A stretch of DNA of 64,000 bases from Eledone cirrhosa (lineage: Eukaryota). A program made the position numbers and the translations under genes. Under the pieces are notes generated by a model. It searched no databases. It had not been told where the DNA came from and saw nothing but the letters and a program-made list of their open reading frames with translations. This document shows, piece after piece, positions 1-15,430 of this stretch (the first letter of the stretch is position 1; each line of letters opens with the position of its first letter). The stretch is from positions 13,764,001 to 13,828,000 of the forward strand of contig OZ024749.1 of the NCBI GenBank assembly GCA_964016885.1. The letters run 5' to 3'.

Positions 1-210
1 CACTGCTCTACACCAACACCAAAGCCCAAGTCATTACATCTGATAGGATGACAGAGTTCTTTGAGATACTGGCTGGAGTGCTCCAGGGAGATACATTGGC
101 TTCCTACCTTTTTATCATCGTAGTGGACTATTGAATGCGCCTTGGACTGGAGAAAGACCAGGACTCTGGCTTTACTGTAGCACCGGCTCAGAGCAGGAGA
201 GTTAAGGCGA
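1..210 (+). mobile_element. LINE reverse transcriptase fragment
   Basis: Reads ...FEILAGVLQGDTLASYLFIIVVDY with a stop. Confidence 0.8.
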
Positions 211-241
211 ACATATATATATTTTCGATGGAATGCTTGGC

Positions 242-287
<46 letters not shown>

Positions 288-1146
288 GCCAAGCATTCCA
301 TCCAACGTTCTAACGACTCTGCCAATTTGTCGCCTAACTAAATATATAAACTGTATTTATTACCTCTATATACGTACGTCATAAAAAAAAAGGTTTTGCG
401 ATCCTATTTTCTCAGATAAGCAACATATTAATTGTTTCTACTGTTGGCACAAGGCCAGCAATTATCCCAGTGTATTGACCAATAGGCCGAGCTGGGTTAA
501 TATATGTATATATATTAATGTTCTACTCAATTGAGGTAGGACTTATAAACCTTAAAATACACACATATTCCATATAGGGACGAATACATGTACTTTCTAA
601 TAAACAAATAAAAGTCCAGCAATTTGGGAAAAGGTAAAAGTCGATTATAACGACTCCATTATTTAACTGGTACTTTATGTTATCAACATCTAAAACGATG
701 AATGACAAAGTTGACCTTATAGCATTTGAACTGAGAACGTAGGGGCCGAAACTAAATGCCACAACGCATTTTGTTCGATACTCTAACAATTCGGTCAACC
801 CACTGACCAGACAAGAGAAATAATGGTTTCTTATATAGGCACAAGGCCAGCAATTTTAAGGGAAGGGAAAGTCGATTAAATCGACCCCAGTACGTTACTG
901 GTGCTTTATTTTCTCGTCCCCGAAAAGATGAAAGGCAAAGCTAACCTCGGTGGAATTCGAACTCGGAACGCAAAGGGCCGCAACTCTATGCCACAACGCT
1001 TGTTGTCTGACGCTCTACCCATTACTGCCAATCCTCCGTCCTAAACCATGAGAAATATTAATTATACATGTATGAAGTCTAAAATCACGTGGTTAGTCAA
1101 TTAATGACATTCCCTTTTTTGTGTTTTGTTTCCATAGAAATATTCT

Positions 1147-3137
1147 CTGGTTTCAGTCATACTGGTGCACCACATTCTTTTTTTTTTTTACTGGTTTCAG
1201 TCATTAGACTGTGGCCATACTGGTGCACCACATTCTTTTTTTTTTTTACTGGTTTCAGTCATTAGACTGTGGCCATACTGGTGCACCACATTCTTTTTTT
1301 TTTTTACTGGTTTCAGTCATTAGACTGTGGCCATACTGGTGCACCACATTCTTTTTTTTTTTTACTGGTTTCAGTCATTAGACTGTGGCCATACTGGTGC
1401 ACCACATTCTTTTATTTTTTACTGGTTTCAGTCATTAGACTGTGGCCATACTGGTGCACCACATTCTTTTATATTTTTTACTGGTTTCAGTCATTAGACT
1501 GTGGCCATACTGGTGCACCACATTCTTTTATATTTTTTACTGGTTTCAGTCATTAGACTGTGGCCATACTGGTGCACCACATTCTTTTATATTTTTTACT
1601 GGTTTCAGTCATTAGACTGTGGCCATACTGGTGCACCACATTCTTTTATTTTTTACCGGTTTCAGTAATTAGACTGTGGCCATTCTGGGGCACCACATTC
1701 TTTTATTTTTTACTGGTGTCAGTCATTAGACCGTGGCCATACTGGTGCACCACATTCTTTTATTTTTTACCGGTTTCAGTCATTAGACTGTGGCCATACT
1801 GGTGCACCACATTCTTTTATTTTTTTACTGGTTTCAGTCATTAGACTGTGGCCATACTGGGGCACCACATTCTTTTATTTTTTTACTGGTTTCAGTCATT
1901 AGACTGTGGCCATACTGGTGCACCACATTCTTTTATTTTTTACCGGTTTCAGTCATTAGACTGTGGCTATACTAGGGCACCACATTCTTTTATTTTTTTA
2001 CTGGTTTCAGTCATTAGACTGTGGCCATACTGGGGCACCACATTCTTTTATTTTTTACCGGTTTCAGTCATTAGACTGTGGCCATACTGGTGCACCACAT
2101 TCTTTTATTTTTTTACTGGTTTCAGTCATTAGACTGTGGCCATACTGGGGCACCACATTCTTTTATTTTTTTACTGGTTTCAGTCATTAGACTGTGGCCA
2201 TACTGGTGCACCACATTCTTTTATTTTTTACCGGTTTCAGTCATTAGACTGTGGCTATACTAGGGCACCACATTCTTTTATTTTTTTACTGGTTTCAGTC
2301 ATTAGACTGTGGCCATACTGGGGCACCACATTCTTTTATTTTTTACCGGTTTCAGTCATTAGACTGTGGCCATACTGGTGCACCACATTCTTTTATTTTT
2401 TTACTGGTTTCAGTCATTAGACTGTGGCCATACTGGGGCACCACATTCTTTTATTTTTTTACTGGTTTCAGTCATTAGACTGTGGCCATACTGGTGCACC
2501 ACATTCTTTTATTTTTTACCGGTTTCAGTCATTAGACTGTGGCTATACTAGGGCACCACATTCTTTTATTTTTTTACTGGTTTCAGTCATTAGACTGTGG
2601 CCATACTGGGGCACCACATTCTTTTATTTTTTTACTGGTTTCAGTCATTAGACTGTGGCCATACTGGTGCACCACATTCTTTTATTTTTTTTTACTGGTT
2701 TCAGTCATTAGACTGTGGCCATACTGGTGCACCACATTCTTTTATTTTTTTTACTGGTTTCAGTCATTAGACTGTGGCCATACTGGGGCACCACATTCTT
2801 TTATTTTTTTACTGGTTTCAGTCATTAGACTGTGGCCATACTGGTGCACCACATTCTTTTATTTTTTACCGGTTTCAGTCATTAGACTGTGGCCATACTG
2901 GGGCACCACATTCTTTTATTTTTTTACTGGTTTCAGTCATTAGACTGTGGCCATACTGGTGCACCACATTCTTTTTTTTTTACCGGTTTCAGTCATTAGA
3001 CTGTGGCCATACTGGTGCACCACATTCTTTTATTTTTTACCGGTTTCAGTAATTAGACTGTGGCCATACTGGGGCACCACATTCTTTTATATTTTACTGG
3101 TTTCAGTCATTAGACTGTGGCCATACTGAGGCACCAC
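1147..3137. repeat. 57-58 bp tandem array (about 34 copies) with 288-bp higher-order period
   Basis: Unit ctggtttcagtcattagactgtggccatactggtgcaccacattcttttattttttta. Confidence 0.97.
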
Positions 3138-3296
3138 CCTCTAGGGATTTAGTCAATCATATCGACTCCAGTGCTTTATTTTTTCAACTCTTGTACGCAA
3201 TTTATCGATTCCTTTTGTCAAACTGCCAAGTTACTGGGCATAAAGAACAAGGTCACAAACGTGGACATAGACACAAGTCCACACAATCACACGTAC

Positions 3297-3330
<34 letters not shown>

Positions 3331-3669
3331 AACATGTTTATTTCTCTCTATACTGATTTATAAACATATAGAAAAACGAACACAGACATATACATATACA
3401 TATATGCCTTGAATATATATACAGTATATATACACGCATATAAAGCTTCTACAGTTTCTATCACCCAAATTCCACTCACAAGGACTGGTCGACCCGAGGC
3501 TATAGTAGAAGTTTAAACAACTTAAGACTGGGTCTTAAACCGTCTTGGAACTCAGCTCGGCCTATTGATCATTAATATGTTGCTTATCTGAGAAAATAGA
3601 GCCGCAAAACCTTTTTTTTTATGAGGTAATATATATAGAGGTAATAAATACAGTTTATATATTTAGTTA

Positions 3670-3990
3670 GGCGACAAATTGGCAGAGTCGTTAGAACGTT
3701 GGATGGAATGCTTGGCGGTATTCGTTCCGGCTCTCTACTCTCTAGATTCAAATCTCACCGAGGTCAACTTTGCCTTGCGTCCATTCAAGGTCGATATAAA
3801 AGTACCAGTCAAGTACTGGAGTAGATTCTTCCTCTATATCTCTTTCTCACTTCCATTCTCTCCCTCTATCCTTCTCTGTACTCAGGCCTGGAGAGGAGAA
3901 GGGTTCTGCCAGATTTTAAAATGCCTTAGGGATGCTGTATGCCACTACGGTTCCCCTACGACTCCATCAGGAGTTACGGGGCCACACCAT
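3670..3990 (+). mobile_element. SINE with family-A head and a different tail (also about 39260-39570 and 60640-60960)
   Basis: Shared tRNA-like head and central domain, then a shared ...cctggagaggag...gggttctgcc...aaatgcc tail. Confidence 0.65.
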
Positions 3991-4338
3991 TCCATACCAT
4001 CGAAGAAAATTTTAAAAAATGTTTAAAAGACAATACGAAATATAATTCGCATAAAAATTAAAAATCAATTTTTTTCATCAACTTATTTTTACTCAGCCCT
4101 GCGGCCCACTGGGCATTGGTCAAATTCTTATATGTACTGACTACCTCTGTATAAAGATGACATTCGTGTTGTTCAATTTTCAATATCTTTTTATTGGCTT
4201 CAGAACATACATTTTCACGAATTCCTCTCTATGAAGCATTCATTGAAATCTTAAAGAAACTTCGAGCAAGTTAGTTCAATGAATGATAAAAGATATTGCA
4301 CTGCCTGACATTTCGTCGTCGTCGTTATTATTAATCAC

Positions 4339-4407
<69 letters not shown>

Positions 4408-4431
4408 TTTGTGTATATTTATATCTGTATA

Positions 4432-4532
<101 letters not shown>

Positions 4533-4555
4533 TGGTTTGTGTATATTTATATCTG

Positions 4556-4610
<55 letters not shown>

Positions 4611-4713
4611 CGAGAGAGAGAGAGAGAAAGAGAGTGGTTTGTGTATATTTATATCTGTATATATATATATATATATACATACACACACATATCTCTATCT
4701 TTCTCTCTATATA

Positions 4714-4791
<78 letters not shown>

Positions 4792-6058
4792 TATAAAGAC
4801 AAAAGCTAGAGTATTTAGTAGCAATGTCATTTAACCTTTTATTTAGCTATATAGTAGTTACTTTTTTTCGGAAGAACCGGTTAATATGTGTCGTCTTTCG
4901 TCCACGTGGCAGACGACATAGTGTAGACATATTCGAATTTCTATAATATTTTAATATATCTTACTTTTAATTCATAAAATTCAATGAGTTGAATCGATAG
5001 TTTCCTTAATAGAACCATAAGAATTTTGGAAATTGTTTCCTAGTGGAAAAGTTCTAGTAGCAAGTCTTTGAGTGCTATAGCAATTAGAAAAAAAACTCAC
5101 ATACACACACACAGGATATATGTTGTCGAAATCAACGATAAATTGTCCATCGTCATACACCAGAAATGAACTGAGTATTGAAACCAACCTGAACATCCGC
5201 CAACTATCAGGTTGACCCTATACTTCATGCTGCTTATTTTCTTCTCCTTCTCCTTCCTCTACTCATCCCTTTCTTCTTTTTCTTCTTCTTCTTCTTCTTC
5301 TTCTTCTTCTACATATTGCTGGAAGATTCGTTGGGGCAAAGTCCTCAGACTTTCAACGGGTCCTATCAGAAGCAACCGTCTCAAATTGATCCGGCTGGAC
5401 CCCGCAAGTGAGACTAACCGAGCTCATGAATATTATCCGTCCATCTTACTCGGGCTCTATCCTTGAGTCTCCTGCCGGTGGGATTATCCAGTAAAATGTG
5501 TCCAACAATTCTTTTCTGAGACATTCTATTCACGTATCCCTAATATCGGAGTAGTGATCTCTCAATTCGGAAAATAGCAACTCTAGCTGGAGCGACTCTC
5601 TGGTATCTTCCTACACATTCTATCGAGTAACGTTACACCAAAGACCCATAATTATGTGTTGGCTCGAACAGCGAATTGAAGATAATGAGTTTGGCTTTTA
5701 CAACTACCTCCCTTGTTTTGCAGAACCTGATGCATTACTGCACCAGCTCCTGCAATTTTTACATTTATTTTAGCCTCATGCATTCCATTACTCGTGAAAA
5801 CGAGTTGCTTATCTCTATTCTTTTTTTTTTTGCCATTTACAGAAGCCCCAGCGACCCTCTGGTCATTCTCCAAATGCCCTACAGCCATCCCAGCTCAACT
5901 TTTGTCACAGAATATATTTTTCATAACCTTGAAGATAATACTGGAGCCCCAACATACTCTAGTCAATCACCAAATGCCCTATAGCAGCCATCCCAGCTCA
6001 ACTTTATATCTATCATAACCTTGACGATAATACCAGAAGCCCCAACATCCATCTGGAC

Positions 6059-6326
6059 CAGTGACGTAGCTAGAGTGTGTGCCGCCCAGGGCAGATCTTC
6101 AGTTTGCCACCTCAAGGGCCCCAACAAAAAATATATATTGCTCTGAATATATATATAACTCTTATATATATATGTTATATATATATATATATATACATAC
6201 ATATATTAAATAGTCTGTGTACAATTATAATATGCTGCAGCATTAAAAGAACGCTTATAGTGGCGCCCCCAGAAAAGTGTCGCCCGAGGCGGACCGCTAC
6301 CTTGCCCCCCTCTATCTAGGCTACTG
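6059..6326. mobile_element. hAT-type MITE
   Basis: Imperfect CAGT... TIRs; 8-bp TSD atctggac/ctctggac. Confidence 0.65.
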
Positions 6327-6982
6327 CTCTGGACATGCCCCAAATGCGCTATAACAGCCATCCCAACTATACTTTATGTCTATCATAACCTTAATAAAAC
6401 CAGAGCCCGGCTATCCTCTGAACATTCCCAAATGCCTTATAGCCTTCCTAACCATACTTTATATCTATCATAACCTTGACGATAATATTAAATCTCTATT
6501 TGCAAGCGAGACTAGGGGAAAATCTGGTATAAAAGGCCACATTAATGTCAGGTTAGATCCCATACAGGTATATTTCAATGACTTCGTCAATAAAAGACCT
6601 GGTAACTTGAGAATTTCTCAGGTATATTTCAATTCAATTCCCGCCCACTGACATTCACAGGAAATTATGGAACTATGTCAGGACCTTTTTATTTGTTGTA
6701 TATTTTGTCTATTTTATTTTATTGTCTTTTTAGTTTTTTTTTGTTTTTGTTTTTTGGGATGGGGTTAGGGGATTATGCTTCTTTTCTTCTTCTTACTGTA
6801 TAATTAACAACACTTAGGTGGAATGTTGTCAAAATCAGTCGAACATCATGTTCCCACGCAAATCCGTTTATCCACTATGTAACTTATTGTGTCCGCTCTG
6901 CAACATACGACTTTTGTAATATCATTGAACGTGTGGAAATCGGTGACCCTGGGTGATATCTAATTGTCTGGCTCGTTATTTA

Positions 6983-7037
<55 letters not shown>

Positions 7038-7041
<4 letters not shown>

Positions 7042-7323
7042 AAAGACTGAAGAATAACATGGTCAACAGTACAAAAAAGGGTTTTATTTACAGTATTAAC
7101 AATTGTTTCACTGATTAAGTTGTCTTAAAATTGCTGAACACTTGAAGCTGTGCCACTCAGTCCTTCTGATGATCTGGTTAAGCTAACAACGTATTGAAAA
7201 TTGAGTGGCACAGCTTCAAGTGTTCAGCAATTTTTAGACAACTTAATCAGTGAAACAATTGTTAATACTGTAAATAAAACCCTTTTTTGTACTGTTGACC
7301 ATGTTATTCTTTACTCTTTCGAT
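7038..7323. repeat. Inverted repeat, about 120-bp arms
   Basis: 7038-7159 versus 7202-7323. Confidence 0.9.
7158..7270 (+). ncRNA. Hammerhead ribozyme motif within a fold-back element
   Basis: CTGATGA at 7166; ctggttaag pairs with cttaatcag; GAA-ACAATTGT-T at 7252-7263. Confidence 0.5.
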
Positions 7324-8044
7324 ATTATTACTCCAAGATAAACTTACATAGGGATGCAAGAGAACTCATAAACTCGCCACCTACGGAAACCTCTTGTTGA
7401 GTCAAACAACGCCGTACGCTAAAACTATCCACAATGCGAAGTATTCACAACCTCTAACTGGATTACCTATAACGATATTTTGTTATCCCTTATATACATA
7501 GCTGTCGAAACTGCCGGAGCTAAGCCGGGGTTCTGACTCTTTTCGTATATATATATTATATATATAAAGTTAAGAAAAAGATTATTTAAAAAAAATAAAA
7601 ATACAAACGGACACAGAACTCCAAGGTCGAGGCCGTTGAGGTGGACTTAGGCAGTTTCGACCCATACTAACGGAATAGTTGGTGATTTTGTAACCTTAAA
7701 AGTATCCAACTCAATTCCTTCATGCTCTCCACCATTGCAGTCCCACATGCTTACTGCTCTGTAACTTTCATTGTACCTTAGCACAACAAATACAGGTTCG
7801 ATTTGTCGAATGCCTTTTTACTTAACCCTATCGTCTTGGCTTTCGTGGGTTGAACATTTTACTCTCAGACACCCAATTAAGTTAAACCCTTCGTAATCTA
7901 CGACGATTTTTTTTTTATAAACACAAAATGTAGACACCATCCCCAGGCCAAGGTATTCCGTACTTCTCTGTATTGTTTCAGAAAGGAGGGATAAACATGC
8001 CAATCTATGTCTAGAAGCCCGAGCAACGCCAGGCCATTCTGCTA

Positions 8045-8104
<60 letters not shown>

Positions 8105-8107
<3 letters not shown>

Positions 8108-9006
8108 AAGTCGTTTGGAAGCCTCGACAATACAGATGGGTAAATCTCCGGGTAACAAGATCCGGTGGTGGAGAGAGAGATGTAAGTGGGTGTACGTTGA
8201 GATGCGTCCGTGTATAAGACTGTAACGTGTAGAGGAATGAAGGAATGAGCGTAAAGGATAAAAATAAAAATAATAACACGAGAAAGAGTTACCTTGGGAG
8301 AGATTTAATTGTCCCTATATATTTCGGATTCACATCTATCAACTGGGGTTTTTTCCGGGGGGGGGGGGTTGTCTGTCGGAAAGGTGCGAAACGTGTCCTC
8401 CGCTGTTCGTTGTTTTGAATATCTGAGCTATTCAGCAGAGCGCGCGTGCGCGTGAAATGGGGTCGGTCAGGCAGAGGTCAGCGGCCGAAGTAGTTCTTTC
8501 AATTGTGGCGCTAGCTGTGAGTCCATTCTCTGCCTGTTTGGTGAATGTTACTGTGTGTGTGTGTGCGTGAGTTGTTGTCTCGCTTGAGTGTGTGTGTGTG
8601 TGTGTGTGTGTTGTTGCCTAGTTCCTCTGTATTGGCAGTGTAGTATGTTCGTATGGTGGAATGCTACTGTGTGTGTGTGCGTGTGTTGCTGCCTCGCTTG
8701 TGTGTGTGTGTGCATGTGTTGCTGCATCGTTTGTTAACTTAAACCAACCACCTCATTTCGCTTCTCTCGGATCGGTTGTTTAATTGTGGCCCTAGGCGTT
8801 TGATCCAAAGTGCTTCCTTGATACGTAACGTGCCGACGTTTCTTTCCGTCGCTAGAATTTCTTTCCGGAAACACATAGCCAAATGCGGAAACAAAGACGG
8901 AAGACACATTGTCACAATTCTAGCGACGGAAAGAAACATCGGCACGTTACGTATCAAGGAAGCACTTTGGATCAAACGCCTAGGGCCACAATTAAACAAC
9001 CGATCC
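8105..9006 (-). mobile_element. Penelope-like 3' fragment with inverted GIY-YIG tail
   Basis: LRIKEALWIKRLGPQLN is encoded on both strands by inverted arms 8769-8859 and 8916-9006; adjoins (TA)n. Confidence 0.75.
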
Positions 9007-9262
9007 TAGAGAAGCGAAAGAGAATAGGGTAGAAGGAAAATAAGGAAAAAAGAGAATAGGGGAGAAAGACAATAAGGTAGAAGGAAAATAAGGGAGAAAG
9101 AGAATAGAGGAGAAAGAAAATAGGGGAGAAGGGAAAATACTGGAGAAAGAAAATAGGGGAGAAAGAGAATGGGGTAGAAGGAAAATAGGTGAGAAAGAGA
9201 ATAGTGGAGAAAGAAAAGAGTAAGCAAACGTTAAAAATGGTAGAAAGACTTATTGATCTGGT

Positions 9263-9361
9263 TTCTTACACGTGTTTCATTGTTGTTACGTAATCGGGAG
9301 AGATGAAAGATTATGTTACATAATTCACTATCCTGATTATTTACATCATTTCTTCAGAGAG
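9263..9361 (-). ncRNA. Hammerhead ribozyme motif with long stem II
   Basis: tct-CTGAAGA-(long stem)-GAA-ACACGTGT-A-aga; palindromic stem III. Confidence 0.55.
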
Positions 9362-9446
9362 GTCTAAAGTAGAAGACTAGTTTCTTCCTCGTACCCTATT
9401 CACATTATATATGTGGGGCGTGTATGTGTGTGTGTGTGTATACATG

Positions 9447-9544
<98 letters not shown>

Positions 9545-9999
9545 CATATATTAACGGTGAACAAGGTCCCAGACCACATTCACTTACCAAGTGGGGTGGG
9601 AATCGTCAAATCGGACCTAGGAAACAATGTTTCCATTGGTCTTTCCAATTGCTAATCTTATCTACTGGTTGCAACGCCTGGCAGTAATAGCAACATGAAA
9701 TAAAGTGTCTTGTTCAAGAACATAACTAACACATCATCCGATCCAGGAATCGAACTTGCAACCTCACGATTGCGAATCCAATTCCCTAACCACTAAACCA
9801 GGTACCTTTGCTAAAGTGAGGGCGAGGGGCATATTTTGCGATATTTAGTCCGAGTCGTTAAGATGACGGATAGAATGCTTTACAGCATTCGTCCCACCTC
9901 ATTGCATGCTCTGTGTTCAAATCTAACGATAATCAACTTTGCCTTTCATCCTTTCAAGGTCGATAAAAAAGTACCAGTCTAGTACTGGGTCGATTCTTC

Positions 10000-10355
10000 T
10001 TCATCATCATCATCATCATTTTACGTCCGCTTTTCCTTGCTTGCAAAGGTGGGACGGGAACTGATTCTGGCTTGATGCTCTTCCTAACACAAACCTCATT
10101 TACAGTGTGGGCGGGATGCTTTTTTGCCGTGTCACCTCCACGACCACTTTGCAGTGGAATGATAGGGACCACAGTCCCTATCATCTCATTTCTACAGCTG
10201 AGTAAACTGGAGCAATGTGAAATAAAGTGTCTTGCTCAAGAAAACAACACATCACCCGGTCTGAGAATTGAACTCACAACCTTTCGATTGCAAGGCCAAT
10301 GCTCTAACCACTAAGCCATGTGCCGCCATCAACTACATATATACAATATCTTTAC
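10000..10355 (-). mobile_element. CORE-type SINE copy carrying 28 bp of foreign 5' flank
   Basis: Closely matches 48011-48385 in reverse complement. Confidence 0.8.
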
Positions 10356-11054
10356 CTCTAGGAGTTATGGGATCTTTATTCTTATCCTTTATACTTAAAT
10401 CCTGCTGAAACGAAGTTTGTCTTTCATTCTTTCAGGATTGATACAATAAAGTACCAGTTATGCACTAGGGTCAATATAATTGACTGTCATTGATTTCTGA
10501 TCAATAATTACTAATCAGTTACTAATCATACTTCATTTATCACTAAGGATTGAGTCGGTGGAATGCTGACCTGGCATGCAGCCTGAAATGGACATTTTAA
10601 AGCAAGCGATGTCCAGTTCTCTTTAGGCTTGACCTGAACCAATTTCTTCCAGAGAGAAGGGAGGTGAAGGGTGAGAAAGGTGGTGAGGAGAGAAAAAGGG
10701 GTTAGAGGAGAGAGAGTGAGGGGTGAGACGGGTGAGGGGAGTGAGGGGGTGCGGGCAGAAGAAAGAGAGTGGTTGGAGGAGAGGGAGAAGAGTTGACTAG
10801 CATTACCACCAACAACTCTACCACAACAATCACCATCAACATCAAAATACCCACTACTATCATCATCACCATCACCATCACCAAAACCTCCATCGCCATC
10901 AACATCATAATCATCATCAACCCCATCACAACCACTATCATCACCATCATCATCACCAGCACCATCATCATCACTAACACCACCATCACCAGCACTATAA
11001 ACGCCACCACCACCACCATTACTATCCCTATGAACAACAACACCACATCATCAG

Positions 11055-14000
11055 CACCACCATCACCATCACCATAAACAACACCACCGCCACCATCGTC
11101 ACCACCACCATCACCATCACTATAAACAGCACCACCACCATCACTATAAACATCACCACCACCATCACCATCACTATAAACAGCACCACCACCATCACCA
11201 TCACTATAAACAGCACCACCACCATCACCATCACTATAAACATCACCACCACCATCACCATCACTATAAACAGCACCACCACCATCACCATCACTATAAA
11301 CATCACCACCACCATCACCATCACTATAAACAGCACCACCACCATCACCGTCACTATAAACAGCACCACCACCATCACCATCACTATAAACATCAACACC
11401 ACCATCACCATCACTATAAACAGCACCACCACCACCATCACCATCACTATAAACAGCACCACCACCATCACCATTACTATAAACAGCACCACCACCACCA
11501 TAGTCACCACCACCATCACCATCACTATAAACAGCACCACCACCATCACTATAAACATCACCACCACCATCACCATCACTATAAACATCAACACCACCAT
11601 CACCATCACTATAAACAGCACCACCACCACCATCACCATCACTATAAGCAGCACCACCACCATCACCATCACTATAAACATCAACACCACCATCACCATC
11701 ACTATAAACAGCACCACCACCACCATCACCATCACTATAAGCAGCACCACCACCATCACCATCACTATAAACAGCACCACCACCACCACCATCACCATCA
11801 CTATAAACATCACCACCACCATCACCATCACTATAAACATCACCACCACCATCACCATCACTATAAACAGCACCACCACCACCATCACCATCACCATAAA
11901 CAGCACCACCACCATCACCATCACTATAAACATCAACACCACCATCACCATCACTATAAACAGCACCACCACCACCATCACCATCACTATAAGCAGCACC
12001 ACCACCATCACCATCACTATAAACATCAACACCACCATCACCATCACTATAAACAGCACCACCACCACAATCACCATCACTATAAGCAGCAGCACCACCA
12101 TCACCATCACTATAAACAGCACCACCACCACCACCATCACCATCACTATAAACATCACCACCACCATCACCATCACTATAAACATCACCACCACCATCAC
12201 CATCACTATAAACAGCACCACCACCACCATCACCATCACCATAAACAGCACCACCACCATCACCATCACTATAAACAGCACCACCACCATCACCATCACT
12301 ATAAGCAGCACCACCACCATCACCATCACTATAAACAGCACCACCACCACCATCACCATCACCATAAACAGCACCACCACCATCACCATCACTATAAACA
12401 GCACCACCACCATCACCATCACTATAAGCAGCACCACCACCATCACCATCACTATAAACAGCACCACCACCATCACCATCACTATAAACATCACCACCAC
12501 CACCATCACCATCACTATAAACATCACCACCCCCATCACCATCACTATAAACATCACCACCCCCATCACCATCACTATAAACAGCACCATCACCATCACC
12601 ATCACTATAAACATCACCACCACCATCACCATCACTATAAACAGCACCACCACCACCATCACCATCACCATAAACAGCACCACCACCATCACCATCACTA
12701 TAAACAGCACCACCACCATCACCATCACTATAAGCAGCACCACCACCATCACCATCACTATAAACAGCACCACCACCATCACCATCACTATAAACAGCAC
12801 CACCACCACCATCACCATCACTATAAACATCACCACCCCCATCACCATCACTATAAACATTACCACCCCCATCACCATCACTATAAACAGCACCACCACC
12901 ATCACCATCACTATAAACATCACCACCCCCATCACCATCACTATAAACAGCACCACCACCATCACCATCACTATAAACATCAACACCACCATCACCATCA
13001 CTATAAACAGCACCACCACCACCATCACCATCACTATAAGCAGCACCACCACCATCACCATCACTATAAACAGCACCACCACCATCACCATCACTATAAA
13101 CAGCACCACCACCACCATAGTCACCACCACCATCACCATCACTATAAACAGCACCACCACCATCACTATAAACATCACCACCACCATCACCATCACTATA
13201 AACAGCACCACCACCACCATCACCATCACTATAAACAGCACCACCACCATCACCATCACTATAAACATCGCCACCACCATCACCATCACTATAAACAGCA
13301 CCACCACCATCACCATCACTATAAACAGCACCACCACCACCATTACCATCCCTATAAACAGCACCACCACCATCACCATCATTATAAACAGCACCACCAC
13401 CATTACCATCACTATAAACAGCACCACCACCACCATCACCATCACTATAAACAGCACCACCACCACCATCACCATCACTATAAACAGCACCACCACCATC
13501 ACCATCACTATAAACAGCACCACCGCCACCACCATCACTATAAACAGCAGCACCACCATCACCATCACTATAAACAGCACCACCACCACCATTACCATCA
13601 CTATAAACAGCACCACCACCATCACCATCACTATAAACATCACCACCACCATCACCATCACTATAAACAGCACCACCACCATCACCATCACTATAAACAG
13701 CACCACCACCATCACCATCACTATAAACAGCACCACCACCATTACCATCACTATAAACAGCACCACCACCATCACCATCACTATAAACAGCACCACCACC
13801 ATCACCATCACTATAAACAGCACCACCACCATCACCATCACTATAAACAGCACCACCACCATCACCATCACTATAAACATCACCACCACCATCACCATCA
13901 CTATAAACATCACCACCACCATCACCATCATTATAAACAGCACCACCACCATCACCATCACTATAAACAGCACCACCACCATCACCATCACTATAAACAG

Positions 14001-15430
14001 CACCACCACCATCACCATCACTATAAACATCACCACCACCATCACCATCACTATAAACAGCACCACCACCACCATCACCATCACTATAAGCAGCACCACC
14101 ACCATCACCATCACTATAAACAGCACCACCACCACCATTATAAACATCACCACCACCATCACCATCACTATAAACAGCACCACCACCATCACCATCACTA
14201 TAAACAGCACCACCACCATCACCATCACTATAAACATCACCACCACCATCACCATCACTATAAACAGCACCACCACCACCATTACCATCACTATAAACAT
14301 CACCACCACCATCACCATCACTATAAACAGCACCACCACCATCACCATCACTATAAACAGCACCACCACCATCACCATCACTATAAACATCACCACCACC
14401 ATCACCATCACTATAAACAGCACCACCACCATCACCATCACTATAAACAGCACCACCACCATCACCATCACTATAAACAGCACCACCACCATCACCATCA
14501 CTATAAACAGCACCACCACCATCACCATCACTATAAACAGCACCACCACTATCACCATCACTATAAACATCACCACCACCATCACCATCACTATAAACAG
14601 CACCACCACCATCACCATCACTATAAACAGCAACACCACCACCATCACCATCACTATAAACAGCACCACCACCATCACCATCACTATAAACATCACCACC
14701 ACCATCACCATCACTATAAACAGCAACACCACCACCATCACCATCACTATAAACAGCACCACCACCATCACCACCACTATAAGCAGCACCACCACCATCA
14801 CCATCACTATAAACATCACCACCACCATCACCATCACTATAAACATCACCACCACCATCGCCATCACTATAAACATCACCACCACCATCACCATCACTAT
14901 AAACAGCACCACCACCATCACCATCACTATAAACAGCACCACCACCATCACCATCACTATAAACAGCACCACCACCACCATTACCATCACTATAAACAGC
15001 ACCACCACCATCACCATCACTATAAACAGCACCACCACCATCACCATCACTATAAACATCACCACCACCATCACCATCACTATAAACAGCACCACCATAG
15101 TTACCACCACCATCACCATCACTATAAACATCACCACCACCATCACCATCACTATAAACAGCACCACCACCATCACCATCACTATAAACAGCACCACCAC
15201 CACCATAGTTACCACCACCATCACCATCACTATAAACAGCATCACCACCATCACTATAAACATCACCACCACCATCACCATCACTATAAACAGCACCACC
15301 GCCACCATCGTCACCACCACCATCACCATCACTATAAACAGCACCAGCCTTATCACTATAAACAACAGCACCACCACCAACATCACCAGCACTATAAACA
15401 CTACTACCATCATCACTATCATCACCATCA
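11055..15430. repeat. 30/33-bp minisatellite, about 4.4 kb
   Basis: Unit caccaccaccatcaccatcactataaacag with variable cac number. Confidence 0.97.

Noticed and set aside
1147-3137. CRISPR-like regular repeat array
   Set aside because: Units are contiguous with no unique spacers, there are no cas genes, and the context is eukaryotic.
10545-10680. Possible non-coding first exon of the filamin-like gene
   Set aside because: Unique-looking sequence with a gtgaga donor-like site, but no independent support.
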